Positions 39,778 to 50,400 of a DNA stretch of 64,000 nucleotides are shown here, in pieces (the stretch's first letter is position 1; the number at the start of each line of letters is the position of its first letter). The notes beneath the pieces were generated by a model. It searched no databases and was not told the origin of the DNA. It was given only the letters and a program-made list of their open reading frames with translations. The translations under genes were made by a program, and so were the position numbers. Origin of the DNA: Spirochaetia bacterium (GTDB lineage: Bacteria; Spirochaetota; Spirochaetia; SZUA-6; Bin103); assembly GCA_965203905.1 (NCBI GenBank), contig CBDBDQ010000005.1:6208001-6272000 (forward strand), in the 5' to 3' direction.

Positions 39778-40772
39778 CCGACAGCCGCGTGCAGCCGGCG
39801 GCGGCCGATCGTCCGCCACCGGGCAGCGATGCCGCCTTGGAGCGCGGCGGTGTGCTGGACAACCGCCGCCTGATGGGGTTCGCTTTCCTGGCGCCGGCGG
39901 TGGTCTACATCGTGCTGCTGATCGGAGTGCCGTTCGTCACCGCCTTCGCCTACAGCCTCAGCGACGCCACGGTCGGCAACACCAGCTTCCGCTTCGCCGG
40001 CCTGCGCAATTTCGAGATCGTCCTGAGCGCGCCCGACTTCCACGCCGCCCTGCGCAACACGTTCGTGTTCACCCTCGTGGCGCAGGTGTTCGTGCTGGTC
40101 CTGGCCAACATGCTGGCGCTGATCCTCACCGCGCCGCTGCCGCAGAACCGCCTCGTGCGCGGCGGCATGTGGGGCGCGCGGCTGCTGCTGATCATGCCGT
40201 GGGCGACGCCGCTGGCGCTGTCGGTGATCGGCTGGCTGTGGATGTTCGACTCCAAGTACAGCCCGATCGACTACCTGCTGGAGCAGATCGGCCTGCTCGG
40301 TCCGGGCACGGTGTGGGGTCCCGCGCGCAACCTGACCTGGCTCGGCAAGACCTACCTGGCCAAGGCATCGATCATCTTCGTGCACGTGTGGCGCATGACG
40401 CCGCTGGCGACGGTGATCCTGATGGCCGGTCTGTCGAGCATCCCGACCGACATCTCCGACCAGGCCAAGGCGGACGGCGCGCGCTACTTCCGTGCCCTGT
40501 TCCAGGTCAAGCTGCCGCTGATCCTGCCGATCATGCTCAACTCGCTGCTGTTCTCCTTCATCTTCACCTTCGGCGACCTCACGGTGGTGTACGTACTGAC
40601 CCGCGGCGGGCCGATCAACCATACGCTGACCCTGCCGATGTACAGCTTCCTGGTCGGCATCGACGGCGGCAACCTGTCGCAGGGGGCGGCCATCGCGCTG
40701 TTCATCTTCCCGGTGCTGCTGGCGGTGGCGATCGTGATGCTGCGTGGCGCCAGCCGGGCGCAGGTGCGTTGA
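39774..40772 (+). CDS. Carbohydrate ABC transporter permease
   Basis: Multiple TM helices; EAA-like QAKADGA; LTRGGP. Confidence 0.93.
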   Translation: MTDSRVQPAAADRPPPGSDAALERGGVLDNRRLMGFAFLAPAVVYIVLLIGVPFVTAFAYSLSDATVGNTSFRFAGLRNFEIVLSAPDFHAALRNTFVFTLVAQVFVLVLANMLALILTAPLPQNRLVRGGMWGARLLLIMPWATPLALSVIGWLWMFDSKYSPIDYLLEQIGLLGPGTVWGPARNLTWLGKTYLAKASIIFVHVWRMTPLATVILMAGLSSIPTDISDQAKADGARYFRALFQVKLPLILPIMLNSLLFSFIFTFGDLTVVYVLTRGGPINHTLTLPMYSFLVGIDGGNLSQGAAIALFIFPVLLAVAIVMLRGASRAQVR

Positions 40773-41665
40773 TGGCGGATCCCGCGACGGCGAGCGAACG
40801 GGTGCGCGGCTCGTTCGCGCGCGTCAGCCCGCGGCGCGTCATCAGGGGCACGCTCTACACCGTGGCGGTGCTGCTGTTCTGCTTCCTGGCCGTGGCGCCG
40901 TTCCTGGTGATGGGCATCACCACCTTCCAGACCGACAAGGACCTCTACCGCCGCGACGCCAATCCGTTCGACTACGCCGAGGCGCCCACCCTGGAGCACC
41001 TCGACAACCTGTTCAACGACACCAACTACGTGGTCTTCATCCGCAACTCCATGGTGGTGGGCGCCGCCGTGGTGGTGATCACGCTGCTGCTGGCGCTGCC
41101 GGCCGCCTACTCGCTGGCGCGCCTCACCGGGCGCTGGGGCGAGCGCGCCGGCATCCTGATGTTCATCGTCTACCTGGTGCCGCCGACGCTGCTGTTCATC
41201 CCCCTGTTCCGCATCATCGTGGCGCTCGGGCTGAGCAACTCGCTGCTGTCGCTGATCGTCGTCTATCCCACCATCACCGTGCCGTTCAGCGCCTGGCTGC
41301 TGATGGGCTTCTTCAAGTCGATCCCGCCGGAGACCGAGGAGGCGGCGCTGTGCGACGGCTACCACCCCTACGGCGCGTTCCTGCACGTGGCGCTGCCGCT
41401 GGCGCGCCCCGGCATCATCTCGGTGATCGTGTTCAGCTTCACGCTCACCCTGCACGAGTTCATCTACGCCCTGGTGTTCATCACCCGGTCCGAGTGGCGC
41501 ACCCTGAGCGTCGGCGTGCCCTCCGAGCTGATCCTCGGCGACGTGTTCTTCTGGCAGCCCCTGCTCGCCTCCGCCCTGATCGTCGCCATCCCGGTAGGGC
41601 TGGTATACAACGTGTTCCTCGACCGCCTGATCCAGGGCTTCACCGTCGGCGCGGTCAAGGGTTAG
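40772..41665 (+). CDS. Carbohydrate ABC transporter permease
   Basis: FFKSIP..EEAALCDG; ends GFTVGAVKG. Confidence 0.93.
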   Translation: MADPATASERVRGSFARVSPRRVIRGTLYTVAVLLFCFLAVAPFLVMGITTFQTDKDLYRRDANPFDYAEAPTLEHLDNLFNDTNYVVFIRNSMVVGAAVVVITLLLALPAAYSLARLTGRWGERAGILMFIVYLVPPTLLFIPLFRIIVALGLSNSLLSLIVVYPTITVPFSAWLLMGFFKSIPPETEEAALCDGYHPYGAFLHVALPLARPGIISVIVFSFTLTLHEFIYALVFITRSEWRTLSVGVPSELILGDVFFWQPLLASALIVAIPVGLVYNVFLDRLIQGFTVGAVKG

Positions 41666-41669
41666 ATTG
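41570..41669 (+). repeat. Direct repeat, left copy (intact 3' end of the permease gene)
   Basis: Ungapped 100-bp match to 43845-43944 with about 11 mismatches by manual count. Confidence 0.92.
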
Positions 41670-41781
41670 AGGCTGTTCGCTCAACATCGAGCGGGCACGT
41701 CGGATCGGCAGGCCGTTCGTCACGGCCCGGCACCCGCGAGATTCGCCTCCGCGCTCCGCGTGCTCACAGAATGAAGAACCG

Positions 41782-42498
41782 GTGATGGCATCATTGAATG
41801 ACTACGCGCAGATGAATGTCGAAGAACTCAAGCAAGACCCTGTCAGCGCTCTGAATATCTACTGCTTGATGAGTCAGACAAGATGGAGAATGGATCTTCA
41901 CGAGAGCCTGATCGAACAGATGAAGACTCGTTTTTCGACACCAAGCGAAGCCGCCGATAGCGAAGCCTTCCTAACCGATCTCTACGGGATTCTGACGGCG
42001 TGGTACGGGAACCGCTCATGGCGGTTGATAGAGTTCGGTGATAAATTCAAGATTGCAGTGAAGCACGCTGCTGCGCACCTGGATTACTTGAAGGATCTCC
42101 GCATCGAGAATGTTGGTCCTACTCAGGTAGGATGCATCACCGATACTCTATGGCGTGTAATTCAGAACCTGAGCATTACTAGGGGAAGAGCCAGAATCGT
42201 CTCAGGGACCAAGGCCATTCATCATCTGGTCCCTAACCTGATTCCACCGATGGACGTGCGGTACACGGGCACGTTCTTTTTGAAGCGCAGTGAGATTGGA
42301 CAGGTAGAACGACAACAGTCCGTCTTTCGTCTCATCTTCGGCGCCTTTGTTGATCTATCTCAATGCGTCAGCAGGAATTCGGAATTCATGGCCTGCGTTG
42401 GCACCGGACTCCACACCTCACTTCCAAAGGCGCTAGACAACACGATAATCGGGTTTGTAGACCGGAAGCTCGGAGAGCAACCGACAACATACCCATGA
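41782..42498 (+). CDS. Hypothetical protein, possibly HhH/DNA-glycosylase-like
   Basis: Visibly lower GC; motif SGTKAIHHLVPNLIPPMDVRY resembles the (S/T)KxxHxxxPxxxPxxD pattern. Confidence 0.65.
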   Translation: MMASLNDYAQMNVEELKQDPVSALNIYCLMSQTRWRMDLHESLIEQMKTRFSTPSEAADSEAFLTDLYGILTAWYGNRSWRLIEFGDKFKIAVKHAAAHLDYLKDLRIENVGPTQVGCITDTLWRVIQNLSITRGRARIVSGTKAIHHLVPNLIPPMDVRYTGTFFLKRSEIGQVERQQSVFRLIFGAFVDLSQCVSRNSEFMACVGTGLHTSLPKALDNTIIGFVDRKLGEQPTTYP

Positions 42499-43409
42499 GT
42501 CACTACACGTCTCCCAATCGCCGTCACGATCGGCGCTTCTTCTACAAGTACATGCCCGCTGAAACGGCACGAATCGTTCTCGCCAACCGTACCCTTCGGT
42601 GGAGCGCTCCCGTGCTGTTTAATGACCCCTTCGATATTCATCCGGACACGCTTCACTTCAATGGCGTCGAATTGCAGCATGCACTGATGGAAGAGATCTC
42701 ATCTCTGTTGTGTAATCCAGCTAATACCGTTGTCGCTGATCCACGGTTGGAGTACCTGCTTGACGTCGCCCGTCGGTCAACTCCGGAACAACGTGCGGCG
42801 ATGGCCGCGGTTACGAAAGAGTACAAGCCATTCGTTCCAGATCCAGCTAACGACTCCCTCCAGGAGCTGAAACAGGTCTGGAGTGATATGGTATCCAACA
42901 TGCGCGTTCTGTGCTTATCGGAAGTCAATGACCTTACGGCGATGTGGGCGCACTACGCGGCGAGTGCTACCGGAGTTGTCCTACAATTCGAGGCAGTCTA
43001 CGGTCTCGACAGCGTCTTCCTGCGGGCTCGTCCCGTAACGTACGACGACTCTCCACCAGCGATAACCTGCGCTCGGAAATGGGCTTTTCGGATGACTCGT
43101 ACGCCCGATTGGCAGAACGACATGAGCTTCTTCGATAACTACGAACATACAAAGACGACCGAGTGGAGAGCCGAGAAGGAATGGCGCATCTCATCAATGA
43201 AGAGAAGGGGAGAAGTTGGAAAGTACAGTGACTATCCGTTCAACGTTCGCGAGCTTAGTGCTGTCTACTTCGGTTGGAAGTGTACGAAAGATCATCGAGC
43301 GGAGATTACGTGCTTGCTATCGCATGGCCTGGACCACGTAAGGATGTTCTGCACCTATCCCGATCCGAGATCGCGGAGGTACGTGTTCAAGGAAGTGGCG
43401 CGTGCATAG
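42495..43409 (+). CDS. DUF2971 family protein
   Basis: YKY, FNDPFD, CLSE, MWAHYA, KxxEWxxEKEWR; ATGA-coupled. Confidence 0.88.
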   Translation: MSHYTSPNRRHDRRFFYKYMPAETARIVLANRTLRWSAPVLFNDPFDIHPDTLHFNGVELQHALMEEISSLLCNPANTVVADPRLEYLLDVARRSTPEQRAAMAAVTKEYKPFVPDPANDSLQELKQVWSDMVSNMRVLCLSEVNDLTAMWAHYAASATGVVLQFEAVYGLDSVFLRARPVTYDDSPPAITCARKWAFRMTRTPDWQNDMSFFDNYEHTKTTEWRAEKEWRISSMKRRGEVGKYSDYPFNVRELSAVYFGWKCTKDHRAEITCLLSHGLDHVRMFCTYPDPRSRRYVFKEVARA

Positions 43410-43537
43410 CACTCCGAAATCATGCCGCACAAGACGGACGAGCTTGGACACAGCAGCTCTTCAGCGAGCCTTTCGTAGATCGAAAACAGGAATCTGCTGC
43501 TCAACGACCCGCGCGGGTGAAGCCGGAACTACATGCC

Positions 43538-43720
43538 ATGAGCGCTGACCCCACCGGCCGCAGTCTGTTCATCGTTGACAACAGCGTCTCCGGTTGGCCT
43601 GAACTGCGCTACCTGAAAGGAGTGGGAGCATTCGACATCACCCACTGGATTCCTCGATATCACAGTGCTTGAACTGGACAGAGAGTGGCAGCGGCTTGAC
43701 CGTATTCGACTGCTGATGGA
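43538..43720 (+). pseudogene. Decayed 5' fragment of a PLD-helicase gene
   Basis: Across frames: LFIVDNSVSGW..LRYL / EW..FDI / TGF / LDREWQRLDRIRLLM; same element order (DN, G[YF]F, RILxG-like) as the N-terminus of the intact helicase. Confidence 0.55.
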
Positions 43721-43844
43721 TCCGAAACCAGCCAGGGTACGCGACGCGCGCGACTCGGCTCGGTTCGCGAACGTGCAGTCGAAGCACTCGACCTCAGCCT
43801 GGAATCTGACAAGCACGCCAACCCTTTCCTGCGCGGCGTACCAG

Positions 43845-43944
43845 TCCGTCCTGATCGTCGCCATCCCAGTGAGGCTGGTCTGCGACGTGTCCCTTGACCA
43901 CCTGATCCAGGGCTTCACCGTCGGCGCGGTCACGGGTTAGATTG
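43845..43944 (+). repeat. Direct repeat, right copy (diverged duplicate of the permease 3' end)
   Basis: Translates LIVAIPVRLVCDVSLDHLIQGFTVGAVTG* versus LIVAIPVGLVYNVFLDRLIQGFTVGAVKG*. Confidence 0.92.
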
Positions 43945-44028
43945 CAACCACGCGCCGCAGCCGCGCCACGTGCGACTACCTGCCGCCGACTCGGCCCTTG
44001 GAGGCACTTGCGCTTTACGGAAGATACC

Positions 44029-47000
44029 ATGCCACTAATTTTTGACAACCTGAGTCCCGACGCCACGCTCCTGTCCGCGCTCCGCACCACGTTGGACCTG
44101 TCGCAGCGAGCCGATTTTTGCGTCGGTTACTTCAATCTGCGCGGCTGGAAGCACGTCGATCGGTACGTGGAACCGTGGACCGCGAACGGCCAGGCGGCTC
44201 GTATCCTCATCGGCATGCAGAAACTCCCGCACGACGAGTTGCGAGAAACACTCAGTGTGTTGGACACCCGGGCCATCGACAACCAGACAGCGCTTCGTCT
44301 GAAGCAACGTCTGGCCGAGCAGTTTCGCGACCAACTGGTGATGGGCGCGCCCACGAACGACGACGAGGCGGCATTGCAGCGGCTGGTCAGGCAACTCCGT
44401 GCCGGCAAGGTCGTGGTCAAGCTCTTCCTGCGTCATCCGCTGCACGCCAAGCTGTACCTCTGCTTCCGCGACGATCCGGTCAGTCCGGTGGTGGGGTACC
44501 TCGGCAGCAGCAATCTTACGTTCTCCGGCCTGTCAGGCCAGGGCGAGTTGAACGTAGACGTGCTCGATCAGGACGCATGCAGCAAGCTGAGCCGGTGGTT
44601 CGAAGAACGATGGAACGACCGCTATTGTGCCGACATCACTCAGGAGTTGATCCGGATCATCGAGGAGAGCTGGGCACGGCAGGAACTGATACCGCCTTAC
44701 CACGTCTATCTCAAGATGGCGTACCACCTATCCCACGAAGCCCGTGTTGGCTTGGCGGAGTTCAGGATTCCCAGTGACTTCGGAGACCGACTGTTCGAGT
44801 TCCAGAAAGCAGCCGTGAAGATTGCCGCCCACCACCTGAACAAGCGCAACGGTGTGCTCATCGGCGACGTGGTCGGCCTCGGCAAGACGCTGATGGCCAC
44901 TGCAGTCGCTCGCATCTTCGAGGATGACTACGGGCTGGAAACGCTGATTCTGTGCCCGAAGAACCTCGTGCAAATGTGGGAGGATTACGCGCACACGTAC
45001 CGGCTGCGCGCGCGGGTGTTGTCTCAGAGTCAGGTCATCGGCAAGCTTCCCACGCTGCGTCGATATCGCCTGGTCGTGATCGACGAGAGTCACAACCTCC
45101 GCAACCGCGACGGTAAACGGTACCGCGCCATCCGGGAGTACATCCGCGGCAACGACAGCAAGGTCATCCTGCTGTCGGCCACCCCTTACAACAAGACCTA
45201 CCTTGATTTGTCGAATCAACTGCGCCTCTTCGTAGAGGATGAGCAGGACCTGGGCATACGACCGGAGAGATTGCTGCGCGAGTTGGGAGAGGTCGAGTTC
45301 AGCCGGCGCCACCAAGCGTCACCTCGCACTCTCGCAGCGTTCGACCACAGCAGGTACGCCGACGATTGGCGTGATCTGATGCGGCTGTACCTCGTCCGCC
45401 GAACCCGCAGCTTCATTCAGGACAACTATGCCGAAACGGATCCGGACAGCGGCCGCAAGTTCCTGACCTACGAGGATGGCGAACGGTCATACTTTCCGGC
45501 ACGCGTTCCCCAGACCATCACGTTCGCCATCGACGAGGCGGATCCGACGGACCAGTACGCCCGCCTCTACGCACCGGGCGTCGTGTCGACGATCAACGCG
45601 CTGCACCTGCCCCGCTATGGATTGGGGAATTACCTCTCCGACTCCCCGGACTCTCCGCCGACGAGCGCCGAAGAGAAGCACATCCAGGATCTTTCGCGTG
45701 CCGGGAAACGCCTCATGGGCTTCTGCCGGACCAACCTGTTCAAGCGTCTCGAGAGCAGCGGCGCGGCATTCCTGCTGTCCGTGGAGCGCCACCTGCTACG
45801 CAACCACGTGTTCCTCCACGCCCTGCGGAACGGACTGCCGCTCCCTCTCGGGACGCAGGACGCCGAGATGCTCGACCTACGATTCACCGACTCCGATGCG
45901 GATGCGGGCCATGCTCCGCTCCCGAACGCCGACGACGAGCAGGAGCAGGACTCCGATGGTGATTTGGGAAGCTTGGGGATTGCGGACGACGTGACCACCG
46001 CCGGCGTCGAGCGCCGCGCCGCTGCGGTGTACGCCGAGTACGCGGGAAGATACCGGAGCCGGTTCCGCTGGCTGCGGTCGGACCTCTTCGTCGACTCCCT
46101 GGAACACAGACTCCAAGCGGACTCCGACGCGCTGCTCGGCATCCTGCGGACACACGGCCCTTGGAACCAGGAGCACGACGCCAAGCTGCACTCGCTGCAC
46201 TCGCTGCTGACGAAGACCTTCCCCGACCGGAAAGTGCTGGTCTTCTCCCAGTTCGCGGACACGGTGCGCTACCTCGAAGCACAACTCCGGCGCCTGGGCG
46301 TGGATCGGGTGGCAGGCGTGACCGGCGACTCGGACTACCCGACCCGGTTCGCCTGGCGCTTCAGCCCGGCAAGCAACCGGAGGCCGCTGACCGAGACCCC
46401 GGAACGGGAACTCAGGGTGCTCATCGCCACCGACGTACTGAGCGAAGGGCAGAATCTGCAGGACTGTGCCATCGTGGTCAACTACGACCTGCCGTGGGCC
46501 ATCATCAGGCTCATCCAGCGCGCCGGCCGCGTCGACCGCATCGGCCAGAGCGCGGACGAGATACTGTGCCATTCCTTCCTGCCGGCCGACGGCGTCGAAC
46601 GCATCATCACGCTGCGCAAGCGGGTACGGGAGCGTCTCAAGGAGAACGCCGAGGTAGTCGGCGCGGACGAGGCGTTCTTCGAAGACGAGGCCGACGACCG
46701 GACCATCCTGAACCTGTACCACGAGCAGGCCGGGATCCTGGACGGCGACGCCGACGGCGAGGTCGATCTGGCGTCACATGCCTATCAGATATGGAAGAAC
46801 GCCATCGACCGTGACCTCGGTCTGGAGAAGACCGTCGCTGCACTCCCCGACGTGGTCTTCTCGTCACGCGAGCACCGGCCGACCGCGGAGCGACCGGAGG
46901 GAGTCCTGGTGTTCATACGCAGCCAGGATGGAAACCACGCACTCGCCTACGTTGGGCAGGACGGCGAGAGCATCACCGAATCGCAGTTGGAAATCCTCTC

Positions 47001-47439
47001 CGCCGCGCAGTGTGAGCCAGAGGAGCCGGCACAGCCGCACCACGAAAGCCATCACCAATTGGTCGCCGATGGGATCAGGCACATGGTGGCCGAGGAAAAA
47101 CGCGTCGGCGGCCAGTTGGGCAGGCCCTCCGGTGCGCGGTTCCGCACCTACACCCGGCTCAAGGCGTATGCGGACTCGATAAGGGGCGAACTGTTCGACG
47201 TTCCCGAGTTGCACCGCGCGTTGGACGACATATACCGGTATCCCCTGCGCCAATCGGCCGTCGACACTCTGAACCGGCAGTTGCGGAGCGGCATCGACGA
47301 TGACGCGCTTGCAGACCTCGTCATCGCGTTCCGGGACGACGACCGGCTGTGCCTCACCGGTGACGACGAAGGCGAGATCCACGAGCCGCGCATCATCTGC
47401 TCGCTGGGACTGTTCGGTGCGGAAAATGTGAGTCACTGA
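44029..47439 (+). CDS. PLD-nuclease / SNF2-like helicase fusion
   Basis: LHAKLY...GSSNLT (HxK), GDVVGLGKT, DESH, SATP, TDVLSEGQNLQ, QRAGRVDRIG. Confidence 0.93.
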   Translation: MPLIFDNLSPDATLLSALRTTLDLSQRADFCVGYFNLRGWKHVDRYVEPWTANGQAARILIGMQKLPHDELRETLSVLDTRAIDNQTALRLKQRLAEQFRDQLVMGAPTNDDEAALQRLVRQLRAGKVVVKLFLRHPLHAKLYLCFRDDPVSPVVGYLGSSNLTFSGLSGQGELNVDVLDQDACSKLSRWFEERWNDRYCADITQELIRIIEESWARQELIPPYHVYLKMAYHLSHEARVGLAEFRIPSDFGDRLFEFQKAAVKIAAHHLNKRNGVLIGDVVGLGKTLMATAVARIFEDDYGLETLILCPKNLVQMWEDYAHTYRLRARVLSQSQVIGKLPTLRRYRLVVIDESHNLRNRDGKRYRAIREYIRGNDSKVILLSATPYNKTYLDLSNQLRLFVEDEQDLGIRPERLLRELGEVEFSRRHQASPRTLAAFDHSRYADDWRDLMRLYLVRRTRSFIQDNYAETDPDSGRKFLTYEDGERSYFPARVPQTITFAIDEADPTDQYARLYAPGVVSTINALHLPRYGLGNYLSDSPDSPPTSAEEKHIQDLSRAGKRLMGFCRTNLFKRLESSGAAFLLSVERHLLRNHVFLHALRNGLPLPLGTQDAEMLDLRFTDSDADAGHAPLPNADDEQEQDSDGDLGSLGIADDVTTAGVERRAAAVYAEYAGRYRSRFRWLRSDLFVDSLEHRLQADSDALLGILRTHGPWNQEHDAKLHSLHSLLTKTFPDRKVLVFSQFADTVRYLEAQLRRLGVDRVAGVTGDSDYPTRFAWRFSPASNRRPLTETPERELRVLIATDVLSEGQNLQDCAIVVNYDLPWAIIRLIQRAGRVDRIGQSADEILCHSFLPADGVERIITLRKRVRERLKENAEVVGADEAFFEDEADDRTILNLYHEQAGILDGDADGEVDLASHAYQIWKNAIDRDLGLEKTVAALPDVVFSSREHRPTAERPEGVLVFIRSQDGNHALAYVGQDGESITESQLEILSAAQCEPEEPAQPHHESHHQLVADGIRHMVAEEKRVGGQLGRPSGARFRTYTRLKAYADSIRGELFDVPELHRALDDIYRYPLRQSAVDTLNRQLRSGIDDDALADLVIAFRDDDRLCLTGDDEGEIHEPRIICSLGLFGAENVSH

Positions 47440-50400
47440 TGCCGCCCCGCGTAGAAGACCTCCGCCCGCACCTCCAATCATTCGACTTCCGGAACCTCTT
47501 CGTCGAGGGCCTCGGCTGGAACCACCACCACGGTAAGCCGATCCACCTCAGCGCCGACGGGACCGATTACACCCTGCAGCCACTTGCCGAGAAGGCTGGA
47601 TTCGTCGTCTATCTGTGTGAGCCCGGCGCAGACGGCGCTATCCCGCTCTACCCGGTGCGCCGGAAGATCGAGCACCAGATCGTCAAGCGGTCCTTCGAGC
47701 ACATGATCGTGTTCGTCGACGACGCGAAGAGCACCCAGGTGTGGCAGTGGGTCAAGCGGGAGGTTGGCCAGCCCCTCGCCTACCACCAGTATTCATTCAG
47801 CGCGGGTCAACGCGGCGACCCGTTGCTGCAACGCCTACCGACCCTCGGCTTTGATCTGGACGACGAGGAAGGGCTGACCATCGGCATAGTCGCCTCGCGC
47901 GTGCGGCAGGCCTTGGACGTGGAACGTCTGACCAAGCGCTTCTACGAACGGTTCAGGAAGGAACTGGCTGCCTTCCAGCGGTTCATCGACGGTATTGCGG
48001 CGCAAGGCGACCGAGAGTGGTACGCGTCGTTGATGCTCAACAGGATGATGTTCGTCTACTTCGTGCAGAAGCAAGGGTTTCTCGACGGGGACCCGGACTA
48101 TCTGCGCAATCGCCTGACGATGGTTCAGCACGAGCAGCGCGGGAACGGCAGTGGAAGGTTCCATCAGTTCTATCGGCTGTTTCTGATCAGGCTGTTTCAC
48201 GAGGGGCTGGGGCAGCCCGAGGCTCAGCGCGCCCCCGATCTTGCTGCGTTGCTGGGCAAAGTTCCATTTCTGAACGGCGGCCTGTTCGAGGTCCACGACC
48301 TGGAGCATAGCAATCCCGCGATCAGTATCCCGGACGAGGCGTTCGAGAAGGTGTTCGCCTTCTTCGACGGCTACCGCTGGCATCTGGACGAGCGCCCCGA
48401 TCGCGAGGACAACGAGATCAACCCGGATGTGCTCGGCTACATCTTCGAGAAGTACGTCAACCAGAAACAGATGGGGGCGTACTACACCAAGGAGGACATC
48501 ACCGGATATATCTCGCGCAACACCGTGATACCGTTCCTGTTCGACGCCGCCAGGAAACAGTGTCCCGTGGCGTTCCAGCCCGGCGGCGGCGTCTGGCGTC
48601 TGCTGCAGGATGACCCCGACCGGTATATCTACCCTGCCGTCGGCCACGGGATGGCATGGAAGTACTCGCCCGACGCTGATCCCGAGCGTCAGGAGGAAGA
48701 GAACGAACTACCCGACGAGATTGCGGTAGGGGTGGATGATGTGTCACTGCGGGACGGATGGAACAGGCCCGCGCCGGACGCGTATGCGCTGCCTACCGAG
48801 ACGTGGCGCGAAGTGGTCGCCCGCCGGCGACGGTACGCTGAGGTGCGTGCCAAGGTCGAAGCTGGCACGGTGCACGACGTCAACGACATGGTCACGCTCA
48901 ACCTCGACATCGAGCGGTTTGCCAAAGATGTCATCGTGCAGGCCGAAGGGACAGATCTCCTGCGCGCGTTCTGGCACGCCATGCGCGACGTTGCGGTGCT
49001 GGACCCGACTTGCGGCTCCGGCGCGTTCCTGTTCGCTGCCCTGAATATCCTCGAACCATTGTACTCCGCGTGCATCGAGGGGATGCGGGGATTCCTCGAC
49101 GACCTGGACCGCACCCGGCGACCGCATCACCCGCGTGCGTTGCAGGACTTCCGGGACGTGCTCGCCCAGGTCGACCGACACCCCAGCGTCCGGTACTTCA
49201 TTCTCAAGTCGATAGTGCTCAACAACCTTTATGGTGTCGACATCATGGAAGAGGCGGTCGAGATCTGCAAACTGCGCCTGTTCCTGAAGCTGGTTGCCCA
49301 GTTGGAACGCTATGATCAGATCGAGCCTCTGCCGGATATTGACTTCAACATCCGCGCCGGCAACACTCTGGTGGGATTCACTTCACTGGATGCCGTGCGC
49401 CATGCCATCACGATGGAACCGGACGGCCAGCACCGAGCATTGTACGGCGAAGACCACGCTACGCTGGCGCGCATAGACGAAAGCGCCGAAATCGCCAGCC
49501 GTGCGTTCGACCAGTTCAGAAAGCAGCAGACAGCCTTGGGCGGCGAAGTGACCGCCGCCGACAAGGCGAATCTCCGCAGCCGCCTGGACACCCTGGAATC
49601 TGAACTGAACCGCTTCGTGGCAATCGAGTACCGAATCAACCCGGAAGACCGCGCTGCTTACGACTCCTGGTGCGACAGTCACCAGCCTTTCCACTGGTTC
49701 GTGGAGTTCTATGGCGTTATGGATCGTGGCGGGTTTGATGTGATCATCGGGAATCCACCGTACGTGGAGTATAGCAAGATTCGCAAGACGTATCAAGCCA
49801 AGAGTCTATCGACAGAACGATGCGGCAATCTGTATGCGCTCTGCACTGAACGAAGCCTAGACATTCTTCGCATGGGCGGACGGTTCGGCTTCATCGTACA
49901 AGCTCCGATTGTTTCGACGCAACGCATGGCTCCTTTGCGGATACTTATTCGCGAGCGTTCCGACTTCGACGCCTATGCCACGTTCGATGATCGACCGTCG
50001 AAACTGTTCGACGGTATGGATCACTGTCGCGTATGCATCTTATTGGCTCGTACAGGAGCATCTGGCCATGAATCCCTAACCGCTACTACACGATACCACA
50101 AGTGGTACAAGCAAGAGTCGCGGAGTCTTCTCGATCTGCTTCAGTACAAACTGCTTGTTGGTTCTCTCCCCGGCGCTGTAGTCCCGAAGCTACGATCAGG
50201 AGTGGATTCGCGTATATATAACAAAGTACTTAGTCAACCCACGACACTTGGGAGTATCATCTCTGCAATACCTACCAAGAACCGGATCTACTACAAGATC
50301 ACAGGGGTGGGCCATTGGTTCACCTTCACCACCTCACCACCCCGGTTCTGGCGTGATGGCGTGGAAGGCCCATCTACTAGAGAGAGTAGCGTGTGTTTTT

